Source: Pseudogymnoascus verrucosus (taxonomy: Eukaryota). From it: a stretch of DNA of 64,000 nt. Location: assembly GCA_001662655.1 (NCBI GenBank), contig KV460240.1; one strand, given 5' to 3'. The position numbers were made by a program, and so were the translations under genes. Shown here piece after piece: positions 12,584-25,546 of the stretch. Position 1 is the first letter of the stretch. Each line of letters starts with the position of its first letter. The notes beneath the pieces were generated by a model. It made no database searches. It saw only the letters and a list, made by a program, of their open reading frames with translations, and had not been told where the DNA came from.

Positions 12584-12823
12584 GTTTGCGCCGTGGACGT
12601 TGGTCGCAGTGGTGACGGGTCGCGCTTTACGTACGTGATCTCCAAAAACTCAGGTTCGCGCGGGGGGAATAAGTCGAACTCCTCTATCGATCACCGAGTT
12701 TCAGGCATTGTCGGCGCAGGAGATATTTATCTGAAAGTGACGGGGTTTCCCAAACACGACCACAGTGGCTTAACTCCGTGACTGATAATCGCAAGTGTTG
12801 GTATTCAACAAGAGAGAGAGAGA

Positions 12824-12977
12824 NNNNNNNNNNNNNNNNNNNNNNNNNNNNNNNNNNNNNNNNNNNNNNNNNNNNNNNNNNNNNNNNNNNNNNNNNNNNN
12901 NNNNNNNNNNNNNNNNNNNNNNNNNNNNNNNNNNNNNNNNNNNNNNNNNNNNNNNNNNNNNNNNNNNNNNNNNNNNN
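12824..12977. other. Assembly gap (N run) next to an (AG)n microsatellite
   Basis: Run of N preceded by AGAGAG and followed by a G-rich tract. Confidence 0.99.
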
Positions 12978-13056
12978 TGGATGGATGGGGGGGGGGTGGG
13001 AGCTCCCTGGTCCGCGCCAAAAGCTAATCGATAAGGCGCGGCGGCGGCAGTCCCAT

Positions 13057-13496
13057 GCACGTGGGGGGGTTATCAAGGGAACTTGAGACAGCCGTAGAAT
13101 TTCGGTATATCGATACTGGGCGTACGTATGCGCTCTCAACTTTTTCCAGCTATAGCTTATTCAAATACTACATATACACATATATAAACCATGTTATACC
13201 CTCTCTCTGCCCTCCCATATTCACCATCCCACCTGTCCCACCCGCCACGCACTTTCCCATCACCCTCTTCTGCGCTGTCCCATCCCCCCCCACCAAAAAC
13301 ACCAATAAACCCCCCCCCCATCACAGCCGCCATCCCACTCCCCCCTCGCATCGGAGCAAAAGCGCAATGACTAAACTCCCCTTCCCTCCCCAGTTGAGTC
13401 CCTAAACCCCCTCGCCGTCCCCTCAAAAACAAGTGGGATGCCCGATTCTAACTCTCCGGCGGGCCGGCCAATCACACGCCAAGATGGGGACACGTG
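13057..13496. promoter_or_regulatory. Two CACGTG E-boxes (Pho4/Nuc-1 type) upstream of PHO81
   Basis: GCACGTGGG at 13057-13065 and CACGTG at 13491-13496, upstream of the minus-strand PHO81 start. Confidence 0.5.
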
Positions 13497-14778
13497 TGCC
13501 AAGCTATTCGCTGTCGAGCGCTCTCACGGCGCTGTCCGTCGTGGTGCCTTGAGCATGTTCTCGGGGGTTCTCACTTGCAGATTCCAGAGTATGCAACTTC
13601 TCGTTCTAATCTAGAAGTGGAATAGCCCTGTCCCTGGTAAACTCTCATCCCACGTCCTCGGCAACTGCAGCGCTGCTGTACGTATGCGCAACGCGCGCGA
13701 CAGAGACAGCCCAGCCACACCTGTCGAACGCGTTCGTGGCTACGGCGGCGACATTGTGGCGTCGGTGCCTGGCGGGATGGGCGGCTGGGAGGGGATAGTA
13801 CAGGGATAGCCCGGGGAGGGAGTTGCAGTGACAGGAGGTTGACGGGTGGATAGTTGGTGCGCTGGGGTGGTTTTTTTTAGTAGTATCGTGAGCTTCATTT
13901 GTGGTCTTTGACTTCGATTTAAATATAGTTGTATGTTCGTGATCAAAGTCAGTGACGAAGGGGGAAGAACGATGGGTGTAGTCCAGATTCACGAGATAGA
14001 AAGGCTATACTATATCGAGAATAACTGTAAAGTGTTCGTTTGCTCCTCCTCCAGTTCCAAAAACCCTTCATCTACATGTCTCTCCTCCCCTTCCTTTCTC
14101 AACTATATGTCCACACTCCACGGTATCATCTCACAAAAGAAGTTTCCTCCATCTCTCTCCTTCCACCAAAACATATCTCACTCCAAAGATCCACAACCAC
14201 CACTATATCATCCTTCCTCCAAACTCATCCCCCATCCGCAGTTCCATTCCCATTAGTGCCTCCACCATTGCGGTTGCGGTCAGCCAATTGTGGCTGACTT
14301 CTTGGACGAGGGTGGCTCCACATTTTCGGTATTAGTCATCAGCACACTATTCCAGATTAGGGATTTTAACCTCAGGAATCACGCGGACCTCATATACTGA
14401 CACAGGAAGCACGTGATTGTATATATTTGGGTGAGTTGCCCATCCCAGCCAAGCTCCACGATTACCGCATCAACCCACCAGTTAAATACCCATCCTAACC
14501 TTACCTTGCTCAAATGTTTTGCAGAATGCCATTTGCATAACTTTCTACCTTCCGAATTTATATTTGGCTTTCATTCGAGGTTCAAAATGGTCAACCGAAG
14601 CCTCCTATGCAAGTTCGACGTGGCTAATGCACCGCCAACGAGTCAACTCTGTCGAGCGGCACAGAACTCAGCCTCGTCTAGCTAAATTACAACGACATGT
14701 TCCGTTGTCTAGATTTGAATACTACTTACTGTTATACTTTTCCCTTTCGTGTAGGATAATGAGCCACTTAATATCACA

Positions 14779-17700
14779 ATGAGCTTTGGTTTCAGTCTAG
14801 GCGACTTTATTGCAGTAATTGAGCTTGCTAACAAGGTCCGGAAATAGTTTGTCGACGCGCCGAGTCAATTCAGGGATATTTCCGATGAGTACGAACTCTT
14901 GTTAATGACAAAGTGATGCTAACTATTTATAATTTGATAGATTTAGAAGCCTCTCAATTATCCTTCAAGACGTCGAAGTCCTATTAGAACGGGAGCTCAA
15001 CAACGAACAGAAGAAAGAGCTCCAAGAGATCTCAAACGGTTGTCGAAACGTTCTCGAGAAGCTAGAACACATACTTGACAAGTATGGCGAGCTGTAGCTA
15101 GGGTCTAAGGGCGTCGGCAGAACTATGAGGAGAGTGTGGAAGAGGCTTAAATGGGAGCCGGACGATATACGTGATTTGCGGAGTCGTATCGTTGTAAACG
15201 TTACCTTGTTAAATACGTTCTAGGGAAAACTTGCTAGGTGATTGCGAATTATCCCCTACATTTATGTATTCTAACTAAAAGTGTTCAGTCAAACCTCCCT
15301 AGCGACGAAAGGAGCTGTGGACCGCTTAAATGAACGCCAAGATGACCGAGAGCATCGCGACGAGCGGCAGACTATGCTCGACTGGCTTTCTGCAATACAC
15401 TATGCTCCTTAGCAGAACGACTTTATCAGACGGCGACAGGTAGGGACCGGACGATGGCTTTTAGAATCTATAGAGCTTAAAGAGTTGGTAACGACGAGCA
15501 AAACATTGTTCTGCCTAGGCATTCCCGGAGCTGGAAAGACAATTCTTACATCCATCGTAGTCGAAGAGCTTGCTACTCGCTTCCAAAACGACGCGAGCAT
15601 TGGCATTGCGTATGTTTATTGTAACTTCCGGCGGCAACACGAGCAGAAGGCCGAAGACCTCCTCGCGAGTCTGCTAAAGCAGCTAACTTAAGGACAATCT
15701 CCCCTCCCAGATAGTGTGAAATTTCTCTATGAGAGCCACAAGGACAAGCGGACACGACCACCATTCGATGAAATTTCAAGAACTCTCTAGTCCGTGGCTG
15801 CTATATATTCAAGGGTCTTTATCGTCGTCGATGCCCTTAATGAATGTAAAGTATCTGATGGCTGCCGAATAAAATTCCTATTATACATTGTTAGCCTCTA
15901 TGCAAACTGCCAAGCAAGCCTCTTTGTAACTTTAAGATTTATTCTAGAAATCATGGACAAATTCAACGAATGTATGCAATTAGAGATCCGGGCGAGCGAT
16001 GAGGATGTACAGAGATACCTAGATGGTTAAATGTTGCAGCTGCCTAGCTGCGTGCTTCGCAGTCCGGAGCTCTAGGATGAAATAAAGGCCGATATTATAA
16101 AGGCGGTTGATGGGATGTACGTGACTGCTTATATTCTCGGCGAATAACGCTTACTTCTCGCAGGTTCTTACTTGCACAGCTTCATCTTGATTCATTAAAA
16201 GGGAAAAAATCCCTAAAAGCTATCCGTAACGCTTTAAGAAAGCTCCCAACTGGATCCGAGCCATATGACAACGCATACAAGGACGCTATGGAGAGAATTG
16301 GAGGCCAGCTTGTAGACGACGAAGAGCTTGCGAAGCAGGTTCTCTCATGGACTACCTGTGCAAAGAGGCCCTTGACTTCGTCTGAACTTGAGCACGCCCT
16401 TGCTGTTGAGATTGGGGAGTCGCAACTTGACACAGAGAATCTTTGTCGAGTAGAAGACATGGTCTCTGTATGTGCTGGGTTAGTCAGTCGATGGGGAAAG
16501 CGGGAATATCCGGTTAGTCCACTACACTGCACAAGATTACTTCGAGCGAACGCAAAAATGTTGGTTCCCCGAAGCAGGGACGGACATTGCGAACACCTGC
16601 GTTACCTATCTCTCATTCGATTCTTTTAAAAGCGGCCTTTGCCCTACAGATGAAGAGTTTGAGGCACGACTACAGGAGAACGCAATTTATGACTATACAG
16701 CTCGAAATTAGGGACACCACGCTCGCAAGGCTCCTTTAACAAGTCAAGTGATAATGAAGTTTCTCGAGAGCGACTCTAAGGTGAAAGCCTCCATTTAAGA
16801 GCTTATAGCTACTAAGCAGCACCTATCACATGCCAATTACAGCCAAGAAGTTCCAAGAGATATAACAGGGTCTCATTTAGCAGCGCACCTTAGACTCGAG
16901 GAAGCTATAAAGGAGCTGTTTATACGTGGTCATAAAATAAACCTCAAAGACTCTAACCTTCGAACGCCGCTGTTGTGGGCGGCAAGGAGTGGGCATGACG
17001 CCGTTATCGCGCTTTTTTCTACCTAGAACAGTTTTGGCATCAACTTAAAGGACAATTCAGGCCGAACTCCGTTGTCGCATACTGCAGGAAACGGACACGA
17101 ATCCGCCGTCAAGCTCCTTCTTAATATAGATAGCGTTGAACCAGACTCAAGGGACAATGTTAGCCGGACGCCACTGTCCAGAGCTGCAATGTTTAGACAC
17201 GCAGCGGTTATTAAGTTGCTTCTTGCCTAGGACGGTGTCGACCCGGACGCTAAAGATGATGTCTCTAAGACGCCGCTGGTATTAGCTGCGATGTACGGCC
17301 ACGACGCCGTGGTCAAACTGCTGCTTGATACTGGCAGAGTCGTTCCCGAATTCAAAGACGCGAAATATGGCCGAACGCCGCTATCGTGGGTAGCAGAGAA
17401 AGGGAATGCGGCCGCTGTAGAGACGCTGCTTAGAATAGATAGCATTAATCCGGACTCGAAGTCCGCTGGATCTTAGAACAAGAACTGGACGCTACTGTCT
17501 TACGCAACAGAAAGGGGGCATCAGACTGTAGTTGAGCTCCTGATGGCGACCGGCCGTGTTAACCTGGATTCCAAAGATAACGACGGCCGGACCCCTCTGT
17601 CATATGCGATCGCAGAAGCCCAAACAGAAACAATTCATTGCCTACTAAGATACGGCGCCAGCCCCACAACCACTGATACCCAGCTGAAGGGCCTTTTACA

Positions 17701-19174
17701 CCACGCGATCGTTAATGTGAATTGCACACTTGACATCGTGAAGAAACTTCTGATGCTCGGTGCGCCAACGGATTTAGTGGATATTGACAGTATGACAGCG
17801 TTACATCACACGGTTAGATTCAATCGACAGGATATAGCTGAATTGCTTATCCAAAATGGGGTGCCAGTGGACTTTGCCATCCACAGAAAGGCATGGATGG
17901 CGAAGAATCATGAGCAAAGGACTATATATGAGCCGCGCGGTGGACACGAAATACTATGTGTCGATTGAGACTGCACTCGAGGACTTACGCCTTTACATTA
18001 TGCAGCGTTGATTGGAAATTGCCAAATGGTACAGTTCTTCCTCGATCACGGTGCCGACCCAAATGCCATCTCTTGTTGTAGAGAAACACCTCTCCATCTC
18101 ACACTATACGAGAATGTACACGCGCCAACATACAACGATGATTGGACACAAGGCTGCTGGAGAGCTGAAGTTTGGTTAGATTTGATTGACCCTGAAGATG
18201 ACGACGCCGATGACATATACGCCAATATTATCATGCAACGAATTGCCGTGGTCGACGCGCTGCTTCATCATCCAAAAGTTGATCTTAAGATACAAGACAG
18301 CGAAGGGGCATCAGCACTGCATTGTGTTCCATACGGGAAGCTAAAATTTGATGCTATAGTTAGTATGTTGATCGAAAAAGGTGCTGAAGTTTCTGCTTGG
18401 AACTCGAAGAAACAATGTCCATTGCATCTTGCCTGTCGACGTGGCGACTACGCTTCTGTGCAAGTACTTCTCACTCACGGTGCTGACATATTATATGTCG
18501 ATCAAGATGGACTAAACGCGTTCCACTATGCCGCAACAAGTAAAAGCGCGGAGACATTGTCGCGTATTTTTGAAGCATCCGATACGAATAGTCTCAATAT
18601 ATATACATTAAGAGACGAAGCGGGAAGAAATGCATTGCATCATATGTTGGCTCACGGCGCTAATATTGAGGAAGTCCGACTGCTTCTAGATAAGGGAGTT
18701 GATGTTAAGGACAGAGATGTTAACGGAAATTCGCCTCTGGCCTCCTACCTAATCAACTCATGCTTCTACATCGATGTTGGCATTTGTAGACTATTGCTAC
18801 AGAGCGGGTCAGACGCCTTGGCCATAAATGACCAAGGGTTGGCCCTTGCACACCTATCGGCCAGTTGTTCGAAATTAAATATCGCAGTTTTGGAGGCTCT
18901 AATGGATTTCGGCGTGGACATAGAAAAGCTGGACATGAAGGGGAGGTCACTTTTACATCACACTGCACTCGAGGGTTCCCTTACAGAGACAGCTCTAGCA
19001 TTTCTTTTCGATAAAACAAAGCTTCGCTCGGATGATAGAGACTCTTCTGGAAAAACACCATTGCAATACGCAGTTGAGCAGGCTCGGAAAAAGCGCCATC
19101 GGAGTGCCTTCGATTCGCAGAGGTGGTCGAGGAGTTTGGAAATCTTCATGAGGAATGAAGCTGTCGCGGGATGA
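14779..19174 (+). pseudogene. NLR-like STAND gene (SesA/HeLo-like N-terminus, NACHT, long ankyrin array) inactivated by RIP-like mutations
   Basis: Starts MSFGFSLGDFIAVIELA; Walker A GIPGAGKT; Walker [21 protein letters not shown]; many GRTPL ankyrin repeats. At least a dozen in-frame TAG/TAA stops (e.g. 14845, 15095, 15410, 16709, 17228, 17474), a frameshift near 16486, and TGA at 17966. Confidence 0.88.
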
Positions 19175-19776
19175 GGCAGTTCGTCGGGGAGGAGAGCCAC
19201 TTATTTCATCTGCCTTCGTCTCGTCCTGCACTCTTTTGGTATTCCGTGAGGTCGTACGCTTACGTCTCCAAGCCCAAGTTACTCCCGAAGCCACGGCAAC
19301 TGCCATGGCTCGTCGGTTCGTAGTTTTTCCAGTTTATCGAAGTTGTTACTGACGTCCGGCTAGCATGCTGCTATCACATCGTTTGTGCCCCTACTCGATG
19401 TATTATATGAATTTAGTCTCCGGTAGTTCGGCGTCTGTCCCAAACGGGTCTGTCGAGAAAGGGTGGAGGTCTAGAGTTCTTAGGCAGCTGTGGTGTGCAA
19501 TTCACTGTGCGTGCTCAGACTCTTGAATGGCCCCGGTTTCTTGAGTTCCGTTTATATGTGTCTTATGTGCGGAAATAGCTAGCTATCGCTTATAGTAGTT
19601 ACTGTTAACTGTGGTGAATTCAATTTATTGCTCCAAAGTACCATCACGAACAGATAAATATCCCATGGCAAAGATTGCCTACTAATAAATCGAGACGCTT
19701 TATAGTATGGATTATTGACGAGATGGCAGCGCTCACGCGCATCTCAAGTCTCTTTTAGATTTTAAAGAGCAGCAAT

Positions 19777-19947
19777 CTGCTGGTCACCACCCGGTGATAC
19801 CATCAGAAAATGGAGGTGCGTGGTCAACAGCTATTGATATCACCACCCGGTGATACCAGCAGAAAATTGAGGTGTGTGGTCAACAGCTGTACAGCAAAGT
19901 GCCACGGTAAGTAAACCACTACGACCACGTAAATATAACATGGCGCT
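19777..19947 (+). repeat. Dispersed repeat copy A with an internal tandem duplication of ~56 bp period
   Basis: tcaccacccggtgatacca.cagaaaat.gaggtg.gtggtcaacagct starts at 19784 and again at 19840; homologous to 25547-25662. Confidence 0.9.
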
Positions 19948-20142
19948 ATAGCAGCAGTGAAATATGTAATTAGATTCAGAATGAACTGCCCTCGAACCAG
20001 CAACCAGAAAAGGGCCAAATGGCGAACTGAGTGCAGGGAGAAGTTAGCCAATCACATTCATGAGTGTACTCGGTATATAATAAGCCATATCTAATTGTCA
20101 TTTGACCAGACTCCCAACTTGGGCTTACTATTCTCCCAACCG

Positions 20143-20697
20143 ATGTCAAGCTTATAACAAACCAAGAGGACCTGTATTAATGGAGTATTTTAACAGCTAG
20201 AAAGGCGGCGCTGTTCAATAAACAACTAAGCAAACTCAACTAGGGCCTATATCGACCTGTGCAACAGAGTAGGGGTACAATTTAAGGCTGTGCTAGCAGA
20301 AGGTGCTACAAATTACGGACAGGAAACGCGACTAACTACAACAACTAAAGCTTTTGACGCATTAGAGAAGAGCAGAGAATATCCTTCCGAAGATATAATT
20401 ACATTTCAACTTAGCGCTAAAGAATGGTGTGAGATATCGCGCGTAGAATTGGCTATAAGAGAGGCTTTAGAGATTGAGCTGATGAGAATTAAAGGAGAGA
20501 ATGCGGAGCTGTTAACTGAGATGAAAGCTCTTCGCCAATTAGAAGCAACGCGGAGCCAGGATCTTGAAAAATCATGGGAGATACTACTGATAACATCGCA
20601 CATTCTCGAAGAGCAAGCATCAAGGGCGTCTGAAGACTCACAGAAAATTGCACACGCCGCAGCTTACCTAAAGCTGGGAAGCAATCCACGTACGTAG
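20143..20697 (+). pseudogene. Degenerate hypothetical coiled-coil protein gene
   Basis: ATG at 20143 is in frame with ORF 20290..20697 but interrupted by three TAA codons (consistent with CAA>TAA). TATA-like motif near 20074. Confidence 0.4.
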
Positions 20698-22254
20698 TCT
20701 CGTCCGAAACGGAACCCTTGGCGCCATACTCATCTACCATTTAGAGGTAGCGAGACCCGTACGATAGTGGATTGGCGGCTGCTTGCGGCTCTCGTTCTAT
20801 CAATTCAAATGAGTTACGCGTCAACGTGCTGGTAACTATCTCCTGTGACCTCGTGGAATGGCCAGCCAAATTAGCGGGCAATCCTTGACGCATGGGTAAT
20901 TACGTCTTCCTGAAACCAGTTGTCACGTGCCATGCATATTGCAGTTTAGCCACAAAAATGATGACATAAGCGAAATTACATCGTAAGTTAACTTAGTTAA
21001 GTTAGTCATTATAGGACGTCCGGGGTCGTTACAGTAAGAAGCGAAATCGGTGTCAGGTCCGAACATTAAAATGATCCCCTGGGTCAACAGATTACGGAGG
21101 GCTGTTTTCCCCGGCGGTGGAAAATGGAAGGAAGAAGATAGGCACCTCTACTCTTAGATGATGGAGCGTCAGGAGCAGCCGTGGCAAATCAAACATGGGA
21201 AATGTAAATAGACACCGACTGGGCGTCGCCCCCCCACAATGTACTGCCAGGTGATGGAGCGGGCCGTCTTGACTTCCCGCAGTACAAGTGGGTCTAATGT
21301 TTGTGACCATCGGATGATCCCGCATTATGTAGTCGGCCTCAGGACATTAACAATGTGAGTGGTTCAGACAAGGGTTGCTGCTTGCACAAAGGATGGTACT
21401 TCATGAAACTCGAGCGCATTCACAACTTCCTGCTACTACCCCACAACATCTTCTTTCTTACCTCTACACAAAGTCGAAAAGTCGTGACAATCACAGCAAT
21501 ACTATCCAAACCGCTCCCTCGAGACCGTAGTAAGGCTGTTAGTCGAGAAAAGACGTTTTAACATGGACAATATGTTCATAACGTACACATACGTACATGC
21601 CTTCTAGGCCGTGGTGACGAGTCAATGTGCTTTGTGAGTTATCTTCTTCACCTCCGCACTGGTAGTAACGAAACGAAGCAGGTTATTTTGAGACACCGAC
21701 CATCACCGTCCACTTACCATTATGATGCGTCACGTTCATGCATGTTTCAGAATATCACTCTCATCAACATGTGCTGGCTAAGAAGAACGAAAGCCCAACG
21801 CAGGTCGTGAGTATGGTTATCTTGAAGCTGACCACTGAAAAGAAAGTTTTCATGTAGTGATATGGAACAATATCGTTTTTGGGTGGACTTGAGGCGTTAA
21901 CCGTGCATATGCTCAGATGCGGCCGTCCGTAGCAGGAAATCTTCATGTGGCTGGCGGGCTGGAGTGGCGAGGTGATCTTCTGATTATCAGGGTCAGAGCA
22001 ATGCCCATTACATTTTGATAATTTTCAAACATGAAAATTTGATTATGGTATCGAGATATTTTTTCCGCAATTAGGTATATATAGGTTTGTCCCTTTAATG
22101 GAATTTCAAGCTATCCACAGCAGTCTACCTCAAGCCATTCTCACTTTACGATCCATTGCTCTCCCTCATCGGTTTTCTTCAGCACTTTTTAACATTTGCC
22201 TTCTTCCATCCACATCTACGTATTATCACCAACACTTCAAAGCCATTTCTCAGT

Positions 22255-22986
22255 ATGAAGTGTACCATTCTCAGCAATGGCAGGCTCGCCCTTTTCGCTC
22301 TCGCCATCACACAATTCTGCCCTATTCTAGCCCACCCTTCCCTAGAGAAGCGCGGTGTCCCCATCGCCATGGGAGCTGCCAAAACATACGGAGCAATCGC
22401 AGCCACGACTCTCACCAGTACAGGCAACACCCTCATCACCGGCGACTGCGGAACCTGCCCTGGAACATCAATCTCCGGCTTTCCCCCTGGAGTGTGTACC
22501 GGAACAACATCTGCGGGTGGAACCGCAGCTTGCGCCGCAGAAGCCGCTTGTCTTTCAGCATACAACAATGCTAGAGCTCTTGCCCCCACCGCAACAGCTC
22601 TCCCATCATCGGACCTCGCAGGTTTAACATTGGCTCCAGGCGTCTACAAATTCCCCGCGTCGGCAGCCACTAATTCGGCCACTCTCACACTTAACGGAGC
22701 TACGAACACCAAGGGCCAATTCATCTTCCTTATCGACACAACTTTTACAACTGCCGCTAGCTCCAAAGTCGTGTTAATCAATGGCGCACAAGCTTGCAAT
22801 GTTTATTTTATTGTTGGCTCATCTGCTACTATTGGAGGGGCAACTGCAATGAACGGAAATATACTGGCGTATACTTCTGTTGGTTTGAGCAATGCTGCGA
22901 GTAATAAGGGTACTCTCTGTGCACTCAATGGAGCTGTTACTTTGATCAACAACGCCCTCACTGCTCAGACTGTCTGCACATCATAA
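22255..22986 (+). CDS. Secreted ice-binding protein (DUF3494/IBP-1 fold), intronless, 243 aa
   Basis: Signal peptide plus LEKR Kex2-type site. DUF3494 motifs TGNTLITGD, PGTSISGFPPG, DLAGLTLAPGVY, VVLINGAQACNVYFIVGSSATIG and GNILA. Rich in Thr, Ala and Gly; TATA box near 22076. Confidence 0.9.
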   Translation: MKCTILSNGRLALFALAITQFCPILAHPSLEKRGVPIAMGAAKTYGAIAATTLTSTGNTLITGDCGTCPGTSISGFPPGVCTGTTSAGGTAACAAEAACLSAYNNARALAPTATALPSSDLAGLTLAPGVYKFPASAATNSATLTLNGATNTKGQFIFLIDTTFTTAASSKVVLINGAQACNVYFIVGSSATIGGATAMNGNILAYTSVGLSNAASNKGTLCALNGAVTLINNALTAQTVCTS

Positions 22987-23376
22987 ACTTTCGTGCTTGT
23001 TGCGATTTTCTTCCTGTTGTTTACCAAGATTTAATGTACTTTACTAGTTACAAATCAGATCACCACATGTATTCTAGGGAAGGAATTGAAAACCGTCTTT
23101 TGACTTCTCCCCTGAGCAACTGCACCAGTGCGGTATCAGTACGTTAAATTGAAGCACAAATGCTCGAAAGAGTGGTACTCAAGCTGGGTTTCCCGGGCAG
23201 ATACGTTTTTCGATAGGCTGGCATACTAAAAATAACTATTTACATGACAAGCCTGGGACTCGCGTTATGCGTAGATATACCGACTCTATAGTCTCTGTGA
23301 ACACTGTGGAAATCTGGCTCCGCTAAAGCCCTATCGACTCACTTTAAACGCTAATCTAGAGGCTGACCCCCTAGCA

Positions 23377-23745
23377 TCAGCCTGCCTTGTGCACTGAGAG
23401 ATGCGCCATCGCAGCTGATCCCAATGCTGTTATAGTTTCTCTCGTCTGGACGAGTTCATCTTCCGCGACTCCGAGCTCGTCCTTTGGAATCCACAGGACT
23501 GGGGGATCAGACGTAAGAGTTTCGTCTTGACAAGGATCTTGGAATATCTTTGTTGCAACGCGCATATCTTTGCCTTTACTTCCGGTTTGAGCCGTCAGCT
23601 GCTTGAAAATGGGTCGCGAGGATAGCTAATGTAATCTACTTCTATAATCTAACGAAAACTGAAACAATGCAGTGAAGGCCATAGTAACAATCATAATTAT
23701 CGCTTGTGCAGTGCATGTGGCATTGCCATCAGCATCGCGGATAAA
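23377..23745 (-). pseudogene. C-terminal fragment of a CSC1/PHM7 (OSCA/TMEM63, DUF221) channel gene
   Basis: Reads IRDADGNATCTAQAIIMIVTMAFTALFQ...*...DPPVLWIPKDELGVAEDEL. No upstream part of the gene is present, and there is an in-frame TAG. Confidence 0.65.
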
Positions 23746-24529
23746 TTGATTTTATGAGAAGTGCGATTTTCACGCTCACGACCTTCGCCTCTACTCTCGT
23801 GCAGGTCACTAGATTTATAAGCATGTTTGTGCTCTCTCCTTTAATTAGCAAATCTTCAAGGCAAAAGTGGACGAGAAGACAGAGCCTAGGGCTTCAAAAA
23901 TGGAGTACCTTTGTCCCAGTCTTCACAAATATGGCGTGCATAGGTATATTTTCTGTATTAGCCACTGTTGAGATAATACTAATTGCATAGGACTTATCTA
24001 TTCAGTCATCGCTCTTCTTATTTTAGTCTTCAGCATGATTTACTTTAGGGTCCTCTGGGTTCTATACCGGTACAACCCTGCTCCATCTCCTCCTTTCCTT
24101 CCGCTTAATGCTCCATGGCATCCCCCCACCCGCCCCCCACCTGCCCCCCTTCCTAAACCCAGCACCCAACGCCCGCCTCTCTTCGCTAAAAACAAGGGCA
24201 GATCAGCGAATTTGAAAATATCGAAGCAATATGCGTTTTCAAACTGCTTGTACGCCAAATACAATCTACTAATCCTGAAATCGAGTAGAAATACTAGATT
24301 TTGACCGTTTTAGGTCCGATATTCTAACTCCCGACAGCCATGTGGATTAAGCGAAAGATTTGTACGATGCGGGGTATAAAGCAGATGAGTTCCATTCGTA
24401 CATGGCCATATACAAAACCGTCCACGGCATTTGTAGAGAGTAGCGCAGCATCGTCGATAAGGGTGCTAACCTGATTCTATCATCTGTCTTCTGTGCACTT
24501 CCTTGTAGGAGGTAAGATTGTCTTTCTTT

Positions 24530-25168
24530 AAGGTGCTGGAAGATGATGGCTAGCTATTAACCCTAGACATAGTCATAAAAAATGAGTATTACAAACACTA
24601 TCTACAAGTCGTTTCGAGTGCTATTCAGCGTGCTAGAAGCGCAGGCGTTGCCATTTATACCATTAGCTTGTTGCACTTCAAGCTTCCATTCTACGATTTA
24701 TAGGAAGAACCTAATCTAGGCCCTCTATTAGAGTCTCTAAGACAGCTGCTGAAGAACGTTAAGGTCCTGCGCGTGTGTGGGGTCTCTAAACGTGTTCTAG
24801 AACTACTGTCTCACTGCGCATCTAATCTGCATCAGCTTGACATATGTGGAGTAGTAGCTCCTAAAAAGGTCATTAAGGATTTTTTCGAGACCAACAAGAA
24901 ATCCATTCGTTCTATTGGCTTTTGTGACGTTAGAATTCTTGGAATTCCTAGGTTGAACCGCCTACATAGCAAGACTCTACTGTCGGCAAGCATGCTTTGC
25001 CGTATGCTAGGTGTGCTACAGTCCACGCTATGCTGAGCGGCTGATTGCGGCTATCTTCTCTGGCGGAAAGAGGGATGGCGGCTGATGTTTGGCGACAACT
25101 GCTCGCAGCTTTCTACAGGAACTTCTGCTAAGAGAAAATATGATGAGCTGCAACGAGCTGAACTTTGA
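24530..25168 (+). pseudogene. Degenerate hypothetical fungal gene
   Basis: Protein-like frame (HYLQVVSSAIQRAR...LPFYDL*EEPNLGPLLESLRQLLKNVKVLRVCG...STLC*AADCG) broken by isolated stops. Confidence 0.4.
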
Positions 25169-25546
25169 AGCCACACATAGTTTAAAGCCTCGTCCTTCGT
25201 GTCTTGCACCTTTTGCTCATCATCGTCGCTTTTTCGTTTCCTAGGCACACAGCAAACCAAAATCTGGCGATTGTGTTACGTTTATAATGTATCTTTTCCT
25301 TTTACTATTGTAGATTTAGTGTTAGTCGAAGCTTACTTTCGCACTCTTGGCTTCGTTAACTTTATGTGATTAACCTTCAGCAATTTCATTCCATATTTCG
25401 AACAAATAAAAGACAGCTTCCCACATGGCGTGAGCCTACACGGCTACTACTGTAGCACCTCCCTCCGCTTCAGCCGCATATTAACTCCAGCCTGCCGTAC
25501 GTGCTAACGACATGTCAGTTCCCACTCCTCGCTCGCAGCCAACATA

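Noticed and set aside
14779..17968. Stop-codon reassignment or readthrough as the explanation of the NLR's in-frame stops
   Set aside because: Neighbouring genes use TAA/TAG as normal stops, there is also a frameshift, and the pattern fits RIP.
20921..21489. TGTCACG...CGTGACA (and CGTTACA near 21030) as possible solo-LTR ends
   Set aside because: No target-site duplication and no second copy in the window.
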